Shown here one piece after another: positions 51,235-63,190 of a DNA stretch of 64,000 nt (positions are counted from its first letter, which is position 1; each line of letters starts with the position of its first letter). Source of the stretch: Cenococcum geophilum (Eukaryota); NCBI GenBank assembly GCA_050273025.1, contig CP158636.1, positions 10,974,001 through 11,038,000 on the forward strand, read 5' to 3'. The translations under genes were made by a program, and so were the position numbers. The notes beneath the pieces were generated by a model. It ran no database searches, was not told where the DNA came from, and worked only from the letters and a program-made list of their open reading frames with translations.

Positions 51235-54200
51235 CTACGCGATAGTCGTTGGGAAGCCACTTATTGCACACTGGAATCCGTCTGGAAATATTACGTCAAT
51301 ACAAATCCTTCTATCCTTCGACGCCTCTGAAACCGTGAATTCCAGTGGCATAGGCCATCGAGCAGCCGGTATGGTAGTCGTCGTCTCAAACTCAGGTTCC
51401 CCGTCAGCATTCGGGGCTTTCTCCGTTCTCACTACAAAACTCAACTTTTTTGCAAACAACACGGTCAACGCTTGTTGCCGCCCAGCCGAAAGCCTCGAGT
51501 GCATGGTCCCTTGACACACCCAGCGTCTCGACAATCTGCGCCAGCTTTTCTTCTCAAAGTAAAAAGTGGAGCCGACAAGCATTTTGGCCACTTCCCGAAG
51601 CCGTAGTGCCATATCTTCACTCTCGCAATACTGCTTAGCCAAACCTTTTAAGCGTTGGATTTGTTTGTAGTCGTCCAAGGATGGCGTGGGCTTTCCATCA
51701 TTGATGCGGACGTTGAAGCGGTGGTAGCGCCTGCGGGTTTCTTCGCCATGAAGGTCCCGCCGAAATGATTCGTATTCGGACTCTGAGTCCATCGTGCCTT
51801 TGACTGCGTCTGTGGCAATTTCAATGAGCACCGCGATGCCGATTTTGTTGCCGCGGTCGGGGTGCTGAACTACGTCTTTGGGCTTCTGGTCGGTGTTGTC
51901 CAGTGATTTCGTGAAATATTCCGGACCGACACCGGTGCCGATTGAAAGATGGAGGTCAAGGGAGTTGTTTCCGGATCGCCAGATCGAGCGTCGTTCGGAA
52001 TCAGCGATCCGGATGGGGTTGTTGCATTTTAGGGCTCCGTCCTTGTAGACGACGCCGGTGGCAGAGTGCGTGAATGGCTTGAAGAACGTTGGAGCTGCCG
52101 AGGTTGCACGTGCTCTGTTATGCGTATTTGCGTGAGTGTGGGACCTCCGCCGATGTAGAGATGGATACTCACGCCTCCCAGACTTTTACCTCCTGATCAT
52201 AGGTATCAGGCCTGACCAGCCAGTCTCTACCATCTGCAAGCCGTGTCAGAAGGGAAACCATCCGAGATCGAGAGTTACATACAAACGAATGGTCGACTGT
52301 AATTGGTCATTAAATACGGCCTGTATGAACCGCTTATACCGGAGACTGCTGTTACCGCAACCTTGATAGGCGACGCCCTCTGACCACTGATCAACAGCTC
52401 TTTCTTAGAAAAGAGGTTCCTGTACGCGTCCTCGACCACGCTTGTCCGATATTTGTGATTGTATAAATACCGGGAAAATCGACTTCTGAGGGGGCGCGGA
52501 CTGAAGATTTTGCTGGCAAGATCAGTGAACTTGTCTATTGAATCCCGAATATCCCAGAGACAATGGGCGAGGCCAAGTGCTATGATTCCTCCAGTACTAG
52601 TTCCCACCACCAGGTCAAACATCTCAATGACGGGAACGTCTGGACCAAGTTCAACTTCAACATAATCTTGCAAGTACCCCAACACCATGAGCTCCAGAAT
52701 GCCACGGACCCCGCCTCCGTCAAGGCTGAGTACCCGCACGCCAGCCGAAGGTGGCTTCATGAAGGATGTCCAAGGCCACCCTGGCTGCTGTGGAATGCAC
52801 CCAAACGGACATCTCATTATGCACACGCTGGCTAAATGCTCATTTCCTCCGCTGCTGGCAAAGTTTGCCATGCAAGTACTGCACAAAACATGTCTGCAGG
52901 CCAATAGATGCTCGGGATTGTTGGATAAGCAGGAAAGGCATGTTCTATTGGTGTGGATCTTGCACACCCAGTCCATTAACTGCGCTTTCTGCAGTGTCTG
53001 CCTGTGAATTTCAGCATTATATGTAGTCAAAGGCAAAAGATGCTCAACGACAAGCTTGGTGAACAATGACGGATTGTATGATGCAGTGAAGTCGCCACTA
53101 CTTATCCAGATTCCATTTTCTTCCTTTGGGTTGTATATGTATTGGTGCCCCTTTGTGTGACCTCCTCGGACATTTTTGCAGCGCTTGTTGTTCAGGGTCT
53201 GTTCGCATCGCCAGTGCTCTTGATAAAATTTGTCACAAGCCTCTTCACAGTATCGGGCAAAGACTCGGTCAAAGTGGGTCTGAATATCTGTCTTTCGGTC
53301 AGTTTTGCGATATGCAAGGAAGGGTAAGTCGCGTCTTCTGCCGTTCCCAGCTCCATAAGAAGCGGAGGGAACCAAGTCAAGTCACGCCGGCTACGCACCT
53401 ACGTCCTCTCCGCTCTGGCTGGCCGACAATGCCACTGCGGCCGCCACCAAAGGAGCCATCCGTTCCAGCAACATTCTTTCCTTATCAATTCCGATCTTAT
53501 CTCTCATATGCAGAAGGACATTAACGACATGATCCTTGAACTTGCTTGGTGCCGGCCTCATGTTTCCTGAGACCTCCTCAAGGTCAAATGGCTTTCCGTG
53601 CTCTTCGGCAAAGTGGTTTAGAGCTTGCTGGACGTACATTTGAAAAGTAGCTGTGTTTAGAATTAGGTTTGCTTCTTCCTTTTTCTTTGATGTCGATAGA
53701 GCCAATGTTCTGATCTCGCTGTGCAACTTCTTATATTGAGAGTGGATATCACTGTGTGTTTGCAATCTGGCCGATTTGCTTGGGATACACACTACCTTGA
53801 AGTCCGAGTAATAGCGTAACAGCAGTTGAGAAGGCTTAGAGATTTCCGTGCCCCGACGAGACCACTTGCCCCTCAGTTCTTCATACTTTGAGAACGTTAT
53901 ATGACGTGCTGGGTCAACGGATTCGTCAAGTCGTGTGAGCCACTTTTGTGTAGCATCGTTCACATCATACCAAGACCGATCCTCGAGTTCCACGGCATTG
54001 TTTATCACTACCAGCAATGCTGGCGGCGTTCTCTGGTTGAGCGTTTTTTCATAGCCCAATGACGCCCATTCCAAGAGATCCACGGTATCTCTTTCGATTT
54101 CACTTAAAACACCACCATCGTGAGTAGAGTAATTATTGCACTAGGGACCAAGGACATCGCAACTTCACATACCGTGCTGTGGAAGCCACAAAGCAAATCA

Positions 54201-54933
54201 GGTCAGAGAAGGTGTATAAAAATCTTGGATATAGATGCCCTACGATGTGCATCCTATCCGCCTTCTCCTTAAGGGCCCATGTAATCGTTCTCTGGTCGTT
54301 AATTGTGGCAACGACGAAATCAGGCCTTGGTTCCGGTGGTCCTCCACGAAGCCCTTCCGAATCTGCCAGTAGCAGCGGGTGCGTTTCGTGTTCGGTGCCG
54401 GGATCGCTGTATAAATGCACGTCGCTGCTTGTCGACTTATGCGCCCCAACATGACTTGAGGGAATCGGTTCCATACCAGGACTCGGCACATTCTGACGGC
54501 TGAAGCGGATGAGGCTTCTTATCAAGGTACTTTTCCCAGATCCAGTACGACCGATGAACGATACGAGGCTGGGATACTGTATTTCCGGGACGCTATCTGT
54601 CAACAGGTCCGCTATTCGTGAGTAACCACAGAGACTTGGTTGTGTATTGTCTGTGTCGTCTGGCATGGTGATGCCGATCCACCGTGCCAAAGAATCATAG
54701 CAATGCATTTGATGTCGTGATGATTCATCTTCTACCGTAGCAAGCACTGCTTCTACTTGTTGATAGACTTCATATGGAGTGCCTCGGTGCGCGTGACGAC
54801 CACCACAGTGGTCAACTTGACAACAGGAACAGTAAAGTTCGCTGCAAAGGTGGCAGTAGTAGTAGAGTTGTCCAGGCCCCACGGGTTTGCAGCATTCGAC
54901 GCACGCGATGGGATCGGAAACTGGGGAAGTCAT
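51235..54933 (-). CDS. Multidomain patatin-like phospholipase: N-terminal zinc finger, GBP/atlastin-like P-loop GTPase, RING-like finger, patatin (1136 aa, 5 exons)
   Basis: Exons 54933-54173, 54102-53399, 53287-52283, 52233-52173, 52114-51235 are joined by GT-AG introns and total 3411 nt in frame. Motifs: CVEC..YCHLC..CSCC..H; GRTGSGKS, ST, DSEG; CLSC..CRHVLCSTC..CPFGC; DGGGVRG, GTSTG, ATSAAP, DGA. Confidence 0.9.
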
Positions 54934-55507
54934 GATCTCGCAGGGAGAATCGTGATGAAAATCATGTGCTTGGCAGATTGAGCCGGGTTGATAACCTTGC
55001 GAGCCCAACTTCGGACTCTTTTCTATTCTTCCGGGTGACAGATTTTAGGGCTTGAAGCAGGCTGGTGTGCCACTGGAACATGGGAAGAGACAGGCCAACG
55101 GAAGGTAACAATGATGCTGCATCGAATGAGAGATTGCGATGTTTGAAAGTCTTACACTTGACGGCGCTGGACGAAGATAACACTTGCATGGGAGGCCGGC
55201 TGAACCGCATCTGCCCAAATTCTCCACATGACCCTACCAAAGGCGCCTGTGGCGTTTTGCGGCAGGCTCGGCGTATAGTTTCAATGCATGGGACACGACT
55301 GAAAGGGGGCTCTATGTGCTCAAGCATCATTCGCCCCAGCCATGAGTTCCAAGGCAACCAGCTGCAGACTGTTGTGCGCTGCCATCCTTTTCAGCTCCAG
55401 CCACGCTGCATCAGAGACGGCATAAATTTGGAGGGTCATGTCACTGGGCTTTCAAGGCAACCTTTGGCGAATCCACAACGCTTCCTTGACCGATATTGTA
55501 CATCACC
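54934..55507. promoter_or_regulatory. Putative bidirectional promoter (574 bp between divergent start codons)
   Basis: Lies between the patatin ATG (54933, minus) and the WD40 ATG (55508, plus; CACCATG context). Inferred from geometry only. Confidence 0.5.
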
Positions 55508-56931
55508 ATGTCTTCGCGAACTTCTTATGAGACCAACAGGTCAGGTAATACTTTCGCTGAACCTTCCATTGCTCGTGGGGCCCCTTCTTACACATCGGAG
55601 GCTGCTAACACACTGTCCGATGGCCCTAGCTACCTCGGATGGGAGCCGACGGCAGTCCTCTGCAAGTAGCATTTTAGGCGGCGAGAGCAGCGGCTTCAGT
55701 CGGCTCCATGGGCTACGACGACTAGTAACGAATTACGGCGCTCAGCAGTTGGGCTTGAACTCGCTGAACACACCTGATGAAATAATAACAAGCTTGGAGA
55801 TCGAGCAGAGGAAAGAGCTCAACTTTGCTGCTTTCTCGCCCATGGCAGAGTACGCGGCAGTTGCCGCAGGCCATAAGCTGCAGGTTTTCTCATGGGATCG
55901 GAGAGCCAACTTACAGTGGACTCCCTGCTGGACTGAAATTGTGCTTCCGGACTGTCTGGCGGCGTCCGGACATATCGACGCTATCGCCTTGTCAAACTCA
56001 CTCGTTGCCGTGGCCACGAATCGCGGGTTTGAAGTCTATGAACTCCACACCCCTGAAAACGAAAGCCGGGGAGTGTCTACGACACGGCAGAAGAAAGAGC
56101 CTGTAGTACCACTAATGGCAGTGAGTGACCTAAGCAGTATCGCATTATCCCCCGAGACATCTGAAACCAGCGGTCGGATATGCGTGGGAACTGAAGATGG
56201 CAGACTTCTGATATGGCACATCGGGGGCGGCAGCGATGAAGGACGATATATTCTGACACCTCAGTCTCCGGAGCTATCCTTGAAAGGTGACAGTACCGCA
56301 TCAGACATACCATCAGCGGTGGCCTTCAGTCATGACAGCTCGCGGATCTGTGTGGGTTCGATGAACAGGCATATATACATTTATGAATTGGGACAGGATG
56401 GCTGGTCGTTGTGGAAGCGGATTGCGCTAGAGGGCGACTTTGTAAGCAGACGTCTCCTTGTGCTGCGTCGCATCAACTGACGGGGAAAAGGGCTCTGGGA
56501 CATTTCAATATATACGTTTCACTGCGATGGCTTTTATGAGCACGGATCAAAGCGCAGATCAAATTGCCTTTACCACAGACTCGGATTTTCCAGCAGGCTG
56601 TCCAACCATTCTCGACATACAGACAAATAAATCGACAGCTTTTAGTGACAAGCCCCTTAAGGCACAATCATTGGCTGTTTCGCCTTCTGCAAAACGCCTG
56701 GTCTTTGTCGATAGTTGTAGACACACAGTCATGCTCGTGGAGAGTTCGCCGGGCGGAAGTTTTGACAGGGGGGTCAGAGCACAAACAGATGTGACAAGTC
56801 TGAAGCGTGGAAGAAACCCTTTCATAGCTGCTGTTGCCTTCACGCATTCAAGGTCGGAGGAGGGCGACACCGATGATGGACGGGAGAGGTTTCTTGTGAT
56901 GAACCGGATGGGCAAAATTCAACTGTTCTAG
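55508..56931 (+). CDS. WD40/beta-propeller protein (429 aa, 3 exons)
   Basis: Exons 55508-55544, 55630-56441, 56491-56931 total 1290 nt in frame; introns have gctaac/actgac branch sites. Repeats such as FAAFSP..AAVA..LQVFSW, SIALSP..ICVGTEDGRLLIW, AVAFSHDSSRICVGS..IYIY, SLAVSPSAKRLVFV. Confidence 0.82.
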
Positions 56932-57855
56932 AGTACAATACAGTAAATCCGCACGAGAGCTTGCCTAGATGTCTGGGTCACGTGTATCTACCGTTTTTAA
57001 GGTTCAGCTGCAATTGCCAACGCGGCGAATCAACATTTCATACCCCCGCATACCTCGTATTCGTTCAAAGTATCCATCTTCACGCCGCCACACGCAACCA
57101 CAATATCTACGCCATTCGACAGATTGGATGAAAATGGAGCAATCTACAACGACGACCAAAACAAGTTTTCTACCATGGTAGCCTAACGAAGCATTCTTCT
57201 TCATCTTCTGCGTAAAAACGCCAATGAGGCTGCTCGCGGGCGCCCTATCACCGCCCAATTGGATACACGCCGTTCAGCTGGAAGATCGACTTATGAATGA
57301 GGAAGGATTTCGGCGAACTCACAGGTAAATAAGCGGTATGGCAGAATTCCCATCGATTTTAACATTAGTATAGGTTCAGGAGACGCGATATTATCCATCA
57401 ATTTGAGCTTTGGGAGGTGCCTTGTCGCCGTCGTAGTAAACCTAGATCTGAGATAGCCATTGCCTGCAGCCTCAACACCAGACGTGCCTGCCATCGCGCA
57501 TTCCACCCCGGTGCCGAGCACCTTTACAACTAAACGTATCGCCGTCGGCACTATGCCTTCTTTGCTTTTCATAATTACGAGATTCCTTGGCGAATGGATT
57601 GAAATTTTCCAAACTAATTCGCCAAGTCCTGCCAAGGAACGTCTACAAGTATTGGAAAGCCTTGCAGGTCGTTCATTCCGCCGCTTCATTTAGATTTGCT
57701 CTCCTCAGTCTGGCGGGTCCGTCAGGGGTGTTCCCGGTTCCTGTCTTTATATGCCCAACCTTGAAACTGGTACTCGTTATATCATGCCCCAGCGTCTTGG
57801 TCAGCTTTTCTGCCGAGTTATTTACCTCTCTTCCTTCCACAGCCTATCTTCCGCA

Positions 57856-60322
57856 ATGGCGAATCAACTGAGGTACGCTCTAGCTATCCTTTAATGGTCG
57901 ACTGCAAGGAAGGATCTAACTTACAATGGACATATATACTCTACAGAAGAGATTTGACCGAGCGTCATATATCTGTTTGTTATTTCCCAGCTCCGGTAGG
58001 AAAGAATTCCACGCTGATATTTGTGCACTAGATGATTGCGTTCAGTGCACAATTTGGCTTTGGTACGTTCTATTGCGATCCATTACCTCTCTGCTTCCGC
58101 ATGCTGAGTTCCACCACGTAGGTATCACAATACGTTCCGGAACAATGTTATCTCTAGCCGGACCGGGCGGCGCTCTGATCATTTATGCCGTCTCCTGTTT
58201 CTTGGGCTGGGCTTTGATGGGACCGTTTGTGGAGATGTCTTCGGTCATTCCTGCCACGGGACCAGTCTGGGAGTTGCCTGCTCTATTCATTGACACTACG
58301 CTTGGAGGAACTCTGGGATATATGTTCTGGTATGTGCCCCTTGATCTTCTGTCACTAGGATACCAATACACTGACGGGACGGAGAAAAGGTTCATGTATC
58401 TCGTTATATACGCGGAAGAGGTAAGCGTGACGGCACGCTTGTTTGGCTTTGACTACAAGGGTGAACCCCGCTTGAGCTGGAATAGAACAAAAGGAGTTAA
58501 CTCGGGCATCTGGGCATTGCTAACTATAATTACGTCATGTGGTGTGAATGTGCTGCCGGTGAGAGTAAGTGTCTTCTTTCAGCCGTCTTGGGCATCTAAT
58601 AATGAACCTGTGCGTACAGTACTATGGTGAGCTGGAGTATTGGTTCGGGTACCTGAAGATCCTTGGCCTGGTCGTGATTATTGCTGCACAAGTACCCATC
58701 AATCTTCATGGCAAAGGTAAGATTCAAGGTTGGTCCTGTTGGTAAGAGATGATTTGGCTGACATTCGGCACCTGGAGTTATGGATGGCCCCGGAAGTACT
58801 GGCGATAGATGTGAGAATAGCTACAGTCGTCGTGTAGATCAACTATCTGATTGGGTCAAGATTGGTACAACTGCAGAGATTCGAACTGCACAAACTCCAC
58901 CGGTTTTATTAACCGCGTTTTCCGAATCGGCGAAGAGCCGAATCTGTATACATACTCTGGTCCAGCGGCAGGGTTGATGGCTGTCTGGTACGCCTGCTTC
59001 TACTTTACTCATCTGCTGGGATGCGACCGTATTGAAGTTTCTGCATACAGGACTGGAGTGACCTACACCACCTTCTCGTTTATCAGCTGCGCAACAATCT
59101 CGATTGCAGCAGCAGAGGCCCGCCATCGAGGTCAAGATCTTAAATCCGCGAACCGAAAAACCCTTCTCCGGATGACATGTCTCTACATGTTTGGTATTTT
59201 TCTGGTGGCCTTCAATGTACCTTACGATCACAAACAACTCCTGGTGTTTAACTCACATAGGCAACTCTCGGGTAGCAGGTCGCCGTTCGTTATTGCCATG
59301 GCAGAAGCGGGCTTTTTCCGCCTCGCACACGTCTCAAACGGGTTTTTCATCTTTGCGACGTGGGCGTGTGCAACAAGCAACATGTACAGCGCGTCAAGGA
59401 CTCTCTATTCGCTTGCTTTGAACCAGTACATGCCGGAATTTAGGGGTCTGAGAAGAAAGCTAGCGACCACAACAGGTAGAGGCGTTCCGTTAAACTCGAT
59501 CCTCGCTTGCACCCTCTTTGGTTTCCTGGGCTTTCTGAGCATTGGAGAGAAGGTGCGGGCTCAGCAGGTACTATGCATACCCCCTCAAGATATAATTCAG
59601 ATATGTAACTGACTGCAAAGGCACTGGACGGACTGTCTCGTATTGGAACGATGTTCTGGATCATTACATTTTTGGGCCTCAGCATCACATTCATACGCTA
59701 CTACCACTTGTAATACACTCGCGCACCAGCTCTGTTACTTCCCGTCATACTAATTACTTTTCGCAGTCTCGAAGGAAGAGCTCAGGCGTCCCCCCAAGAT
59801 CCAAGAGTGGACCGTGAATTCGGAAAGGTTGCCGCCAGACAAGCTGCGGCGAGCGGCCCGATACCGAATGGTGCTATGCAGATTGGAAATACCCAACCCC
59901 CACCACTAGAGATATACGCCTATAAAAGCCACTTTCAGCCCTACCGCTCGTGGGTCGGTATCCTTGTCACCTCGCTCTTTATCATCTTCAACGGATGGTG
60001 GGTGTTTGCGGGCCGCTTTCAGGCGGATGATTTTGTCACCTGTTATATCGCCGTAAGTTCTAATGTTTCGTGGTTAATCCCATCTTCCACTGAGATATCA
60101 TAGGATGCAGTGTTTTTGCTGTTGTGGGGCGGTGTGAAGATGTGGAAGTGGTGGGCTGGAGAAGGGCCGCCAGCGCTGAATCCGGATACGACGAGGATCA
60201 TAGTACCCACATTTTTGACTGCGACGGTGGAGGGGCAAAGGGAACGGAGTGCGCATAAGCGGGATCGGGTTGGGCACAGACTAGAGAAACTCGGGAAGGA
60301 GATTTGGTGGTGGATTTATTAA
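57856..60322 (+). CDS. Amino acid permease family protein (APC superfamily, YAT-like), multi-exon, divergent
   Basis: Spliced N-terminus MANQLRRDLTERHISMIAFSAQFGFGITIRSG..AGPGG; EMSSVIP.TG; NVLPVRYYGELEYWFGYLKI; SPFVIA; SNMYSASRTLYSLA; YKSHFQPY; F..DFVTCYI. Canonical introns throughout; not every internal exon boundary was verified. Confidence 0.88.
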
Positions 60323-61959
60323 TTGGGGTTTCATGCTTTTGCAATCTTGATTGGCAAAAGTTCTGAACATGTTCATTGCTATACGGAGTCTGCTACTGCC
60401 AGTGCGCTACCATACCATTCATTGCTCAGCTGCATGTTAACGTCTGCTCCTAAATCTAGTAATTTTTTAACATTAGAAGAGCTTTCCTGAGACTGCAAGG
60501 ACTAAAACTGAACAGTTTTCTTTATTTTGTTGTTCAACATTAATGCTTCCAGTTTTCCACCATCCTGCAAGAACGTTGTTGAAGCCAAATAAGCATATTG
60601 CTAGCGAAGCTATGAACGGACTTAACATGCTAGTAGATTAGCCGATAAGAGGCATTCGAACGACGAGCAGAATCACACGAGACAAGGGATTGTGAGTCCG
60701 CGGATTATCGATATGGGGGATGTGGAAAGGAGGATGAAAGGAAAAGAACGGTCCTAAATAATATTGGAGCGTGGCCCAGATTCAAGTCTGGCGCGTTGCT
60801 TCGCAGACGCCCGAGCCCAGGCGGTTGAGCCTTCGCCGCAACATTTCCCGGAGGTCTTATTTTACAGGGTCAAATACAAAGACGGATTCCACGCAGTTGT
60901 TCATCTCGCTGCATTGGGAAGAGCCATGTTTCGCACAGAAAAAGGCCGACAACGAGGTCGCCATGAGAAGGTTGTTGCGGTCCATGCTGTCCCCTATCAA
61001 AGACTTTGAGGTTGTCTCTGGAGAGAGGCAAAAAGAAGCAAACAGTTGAGTAGCTTACCATACTTTTGTGACCTCATGGTAGGCTGTGGGCGAATCGACA
61101 AGCGGACAGACAGTGAGAGCAAGGTCCAAATTTAGGGACTTTCCGGGGTTTATTTTACCTCAGATCCGCTTGTGCGCGAAAGGCTGCCACGGCGATTGGC
61201 ACTGAGCGGCTCTCCAGGGCACAAGCTAATTTGCGACGCAATTGACCCCAAATCTTTCAAATTGACAAGTCCCTAACCCTCCCTGTATTACCTTTACGAA
61301 TCCATTCACGTCTTCTTCGTCTGTGAAAGCTTTAGATGTCTGCAGTCGTTTTTGAAGATTTGGGGATCAATATCTTCGCAAATCCGTGAGTGCTTTTGGG
61401 GGGCGCTCAGTCTCAGAAGGCGGCGGGCATTACCTCAGCAAGCTCAGACCATAGAATCAATTAGCGGACATACGTATATCCGCAAGCGGATATTGCTAAC
61501 CCTTTTTGTCAAAAAGTTGATTCTATGGTCTGAGGTTACCTCAGAAGCTCAGACCAAGAAATCGATTGCGGATATAGGAATATCCGCACCGTCCGCTAAG
61601 CTGATTTAGGACGGTAATCGTTTTCTTGGTCTGAGGCACTTTGGCGAGCTTTGTAGAAAACCCAAACACGGTTTATATGAGAAGACCTCATTAACTTTAA
61701 CGAAATTAATCTACCCTCCCACAATACCTGTTAATATAAAAATTACACCAAATTATAGAGAAAAGCCTACTCTATAAGTTATGAGATCTTCAGCTCCTTA
61801 TACACGCACGACGTTAAGAGGAATTCGTCGCCGTAGAGGCCCTAATTCTATCTCTGCACCGCCGAGCCGCGCAGTAAACACCAACGCCTACGCCGCCAGC
61901 CCTCTGCGTAGAGCTGTGGAGCTTTGCGAGAGCTCTGCAGAACGAAGCTCAGGGGGAGA

Positions 61960-62400
61960 CCTGCACGGAGCTCTGCACGGAGCTCTACCAGAGCTCTGCA
62001 AAAGCTCTGCATGAAGCTCCGCACGAAGCCCTGCTCGAAGCTCCGCACGAAGCCCTGCTCGAAGCTCCGCACGAAGCCCTGCTCGAGGCTCCGCTCGAAG
62101 CTCTGCTCGAAGCTCTGCTCGAAGCCCTGCTCGAAGCCCTGCTCGAAGCTCCTCGAAGCCCTGTTCGAAGCTCTGCTCGAAGCCCTGCTCGAAGCTCTGC
62201 TCGAAGCTCCTCGAAGCCCTGTTCGAAGCTCTGCTCGAAGCCCTGCTCGAAGCTCTGCTCGAAGCTCCTCGAAGCCCTGTTCGAAGCTCTGCTCGAAGCC
62301 CTGCTCGAAGCTCTGCTCGAAGCCCGCTCGAAGCTCTGCTCGAAGCCCGCTCGAAGCTCTGCTCGAAGCCCTGCTCGAAGCTCTACTCAAAGCCCTATTG
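61960..62400. repeat. 12-bp minisatellite (gaagc[t/c]ctgctc)n
   Basis: Long tandem run directly visible, with occasional 9-bp variants. Confidence 0.95.
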
Positions 62401-62924
62401 TCAATTCCCATTACAAAATACTGACTGAGTGGCGTTGTCGACAGTGGCAATTACAAATCGTAGTCGTCAGCTCTATTGTTATCAGCGTTTCGCCACCTAC
62501 CTCATGTATATATAGTCTCTTTTCTTCACCTATATAGAGCTCTAAAGCTCTACTAACACGCAGCACTAATGTAAGCTTTGCAGTGTGGGAGAATTGAGTG
62601 AACGACTTGATTGTAAATGGAGGTCTAAAGGGCCTATATATATACATGAGGAAGGTATAGATAATGAGATAAGAAAGGGTCAATTGACCGAGTCATCGAC
62701 CGAGTCAGTGGTCGAGTCGGTGGCTCGAGTCGGTGAACGAGTCAAGGTGAGCGAGTCGTTGAGTGAGTCAAGGGTAGGCTCAACAGAGCACCAGTAGTCG
62801 GTTACAACTAATATACTAGGAAGGTTCTACAATCGCCCGTACAAACGCCCATACAATTAATTGATCAATTGCCCATACAATCATCTCTACAAACGTCTCT
62901 GCAATTGATCGCCCGTACAAACGT

Positions 62925-63190
62925 CTGCACGTCTGCACAGCTACACGTCTGCACAGCTACACGTCTGCACGCCTGCACGTGGCTCTGCACGAATCTCTAT
63001 ACGGAGCTCTGCTAAGGCTCCGCTAAGGCTCTGCTAAGGCTCTGCTAAGGCTCTACACGAAGCTCTACACGAAGCTCTGCACAAAGCTCTGCACAAAGCT
63101 CTGCACAAAGCTCTGCACAAAGCTCTGCACGAAGCTCTGTACGAAGCTCTACAGGCTCTGCATGAAGCTTTACTAAGGCTCTGCACGAGG
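62925..63190. repeat. Second minisatellite (aagctctgcac-type 12-bp and related units)
   Basis: Tandem gctctgctaag and aaagctctgcac units. Confidence 0.9.

Noticed and set aside
51235..55008. Four separate minus-strand ORFs read as several genes or a broken pseudogene
   Set aside because: Four canonical introns join them into one uninterrupted 3411-nt frame.
55065..55507. N-terminal part of the 471-aa ORF
   Set aside because: It starts at GTG. A CACCATG start at 55508 with a canonical intron (55545-55629) gives a better in-frame model.
56969..57855. Short overlapping ORFs between the WD40 and permease genes
   Set aside because: No recognisable motif or consistent exon model; a decayed gene fragment cannot be excluded.
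60700..61061. Short ORFs downstream of the permease
   Set aside because: Non-ATG or interrupted frames with no identifiable family.
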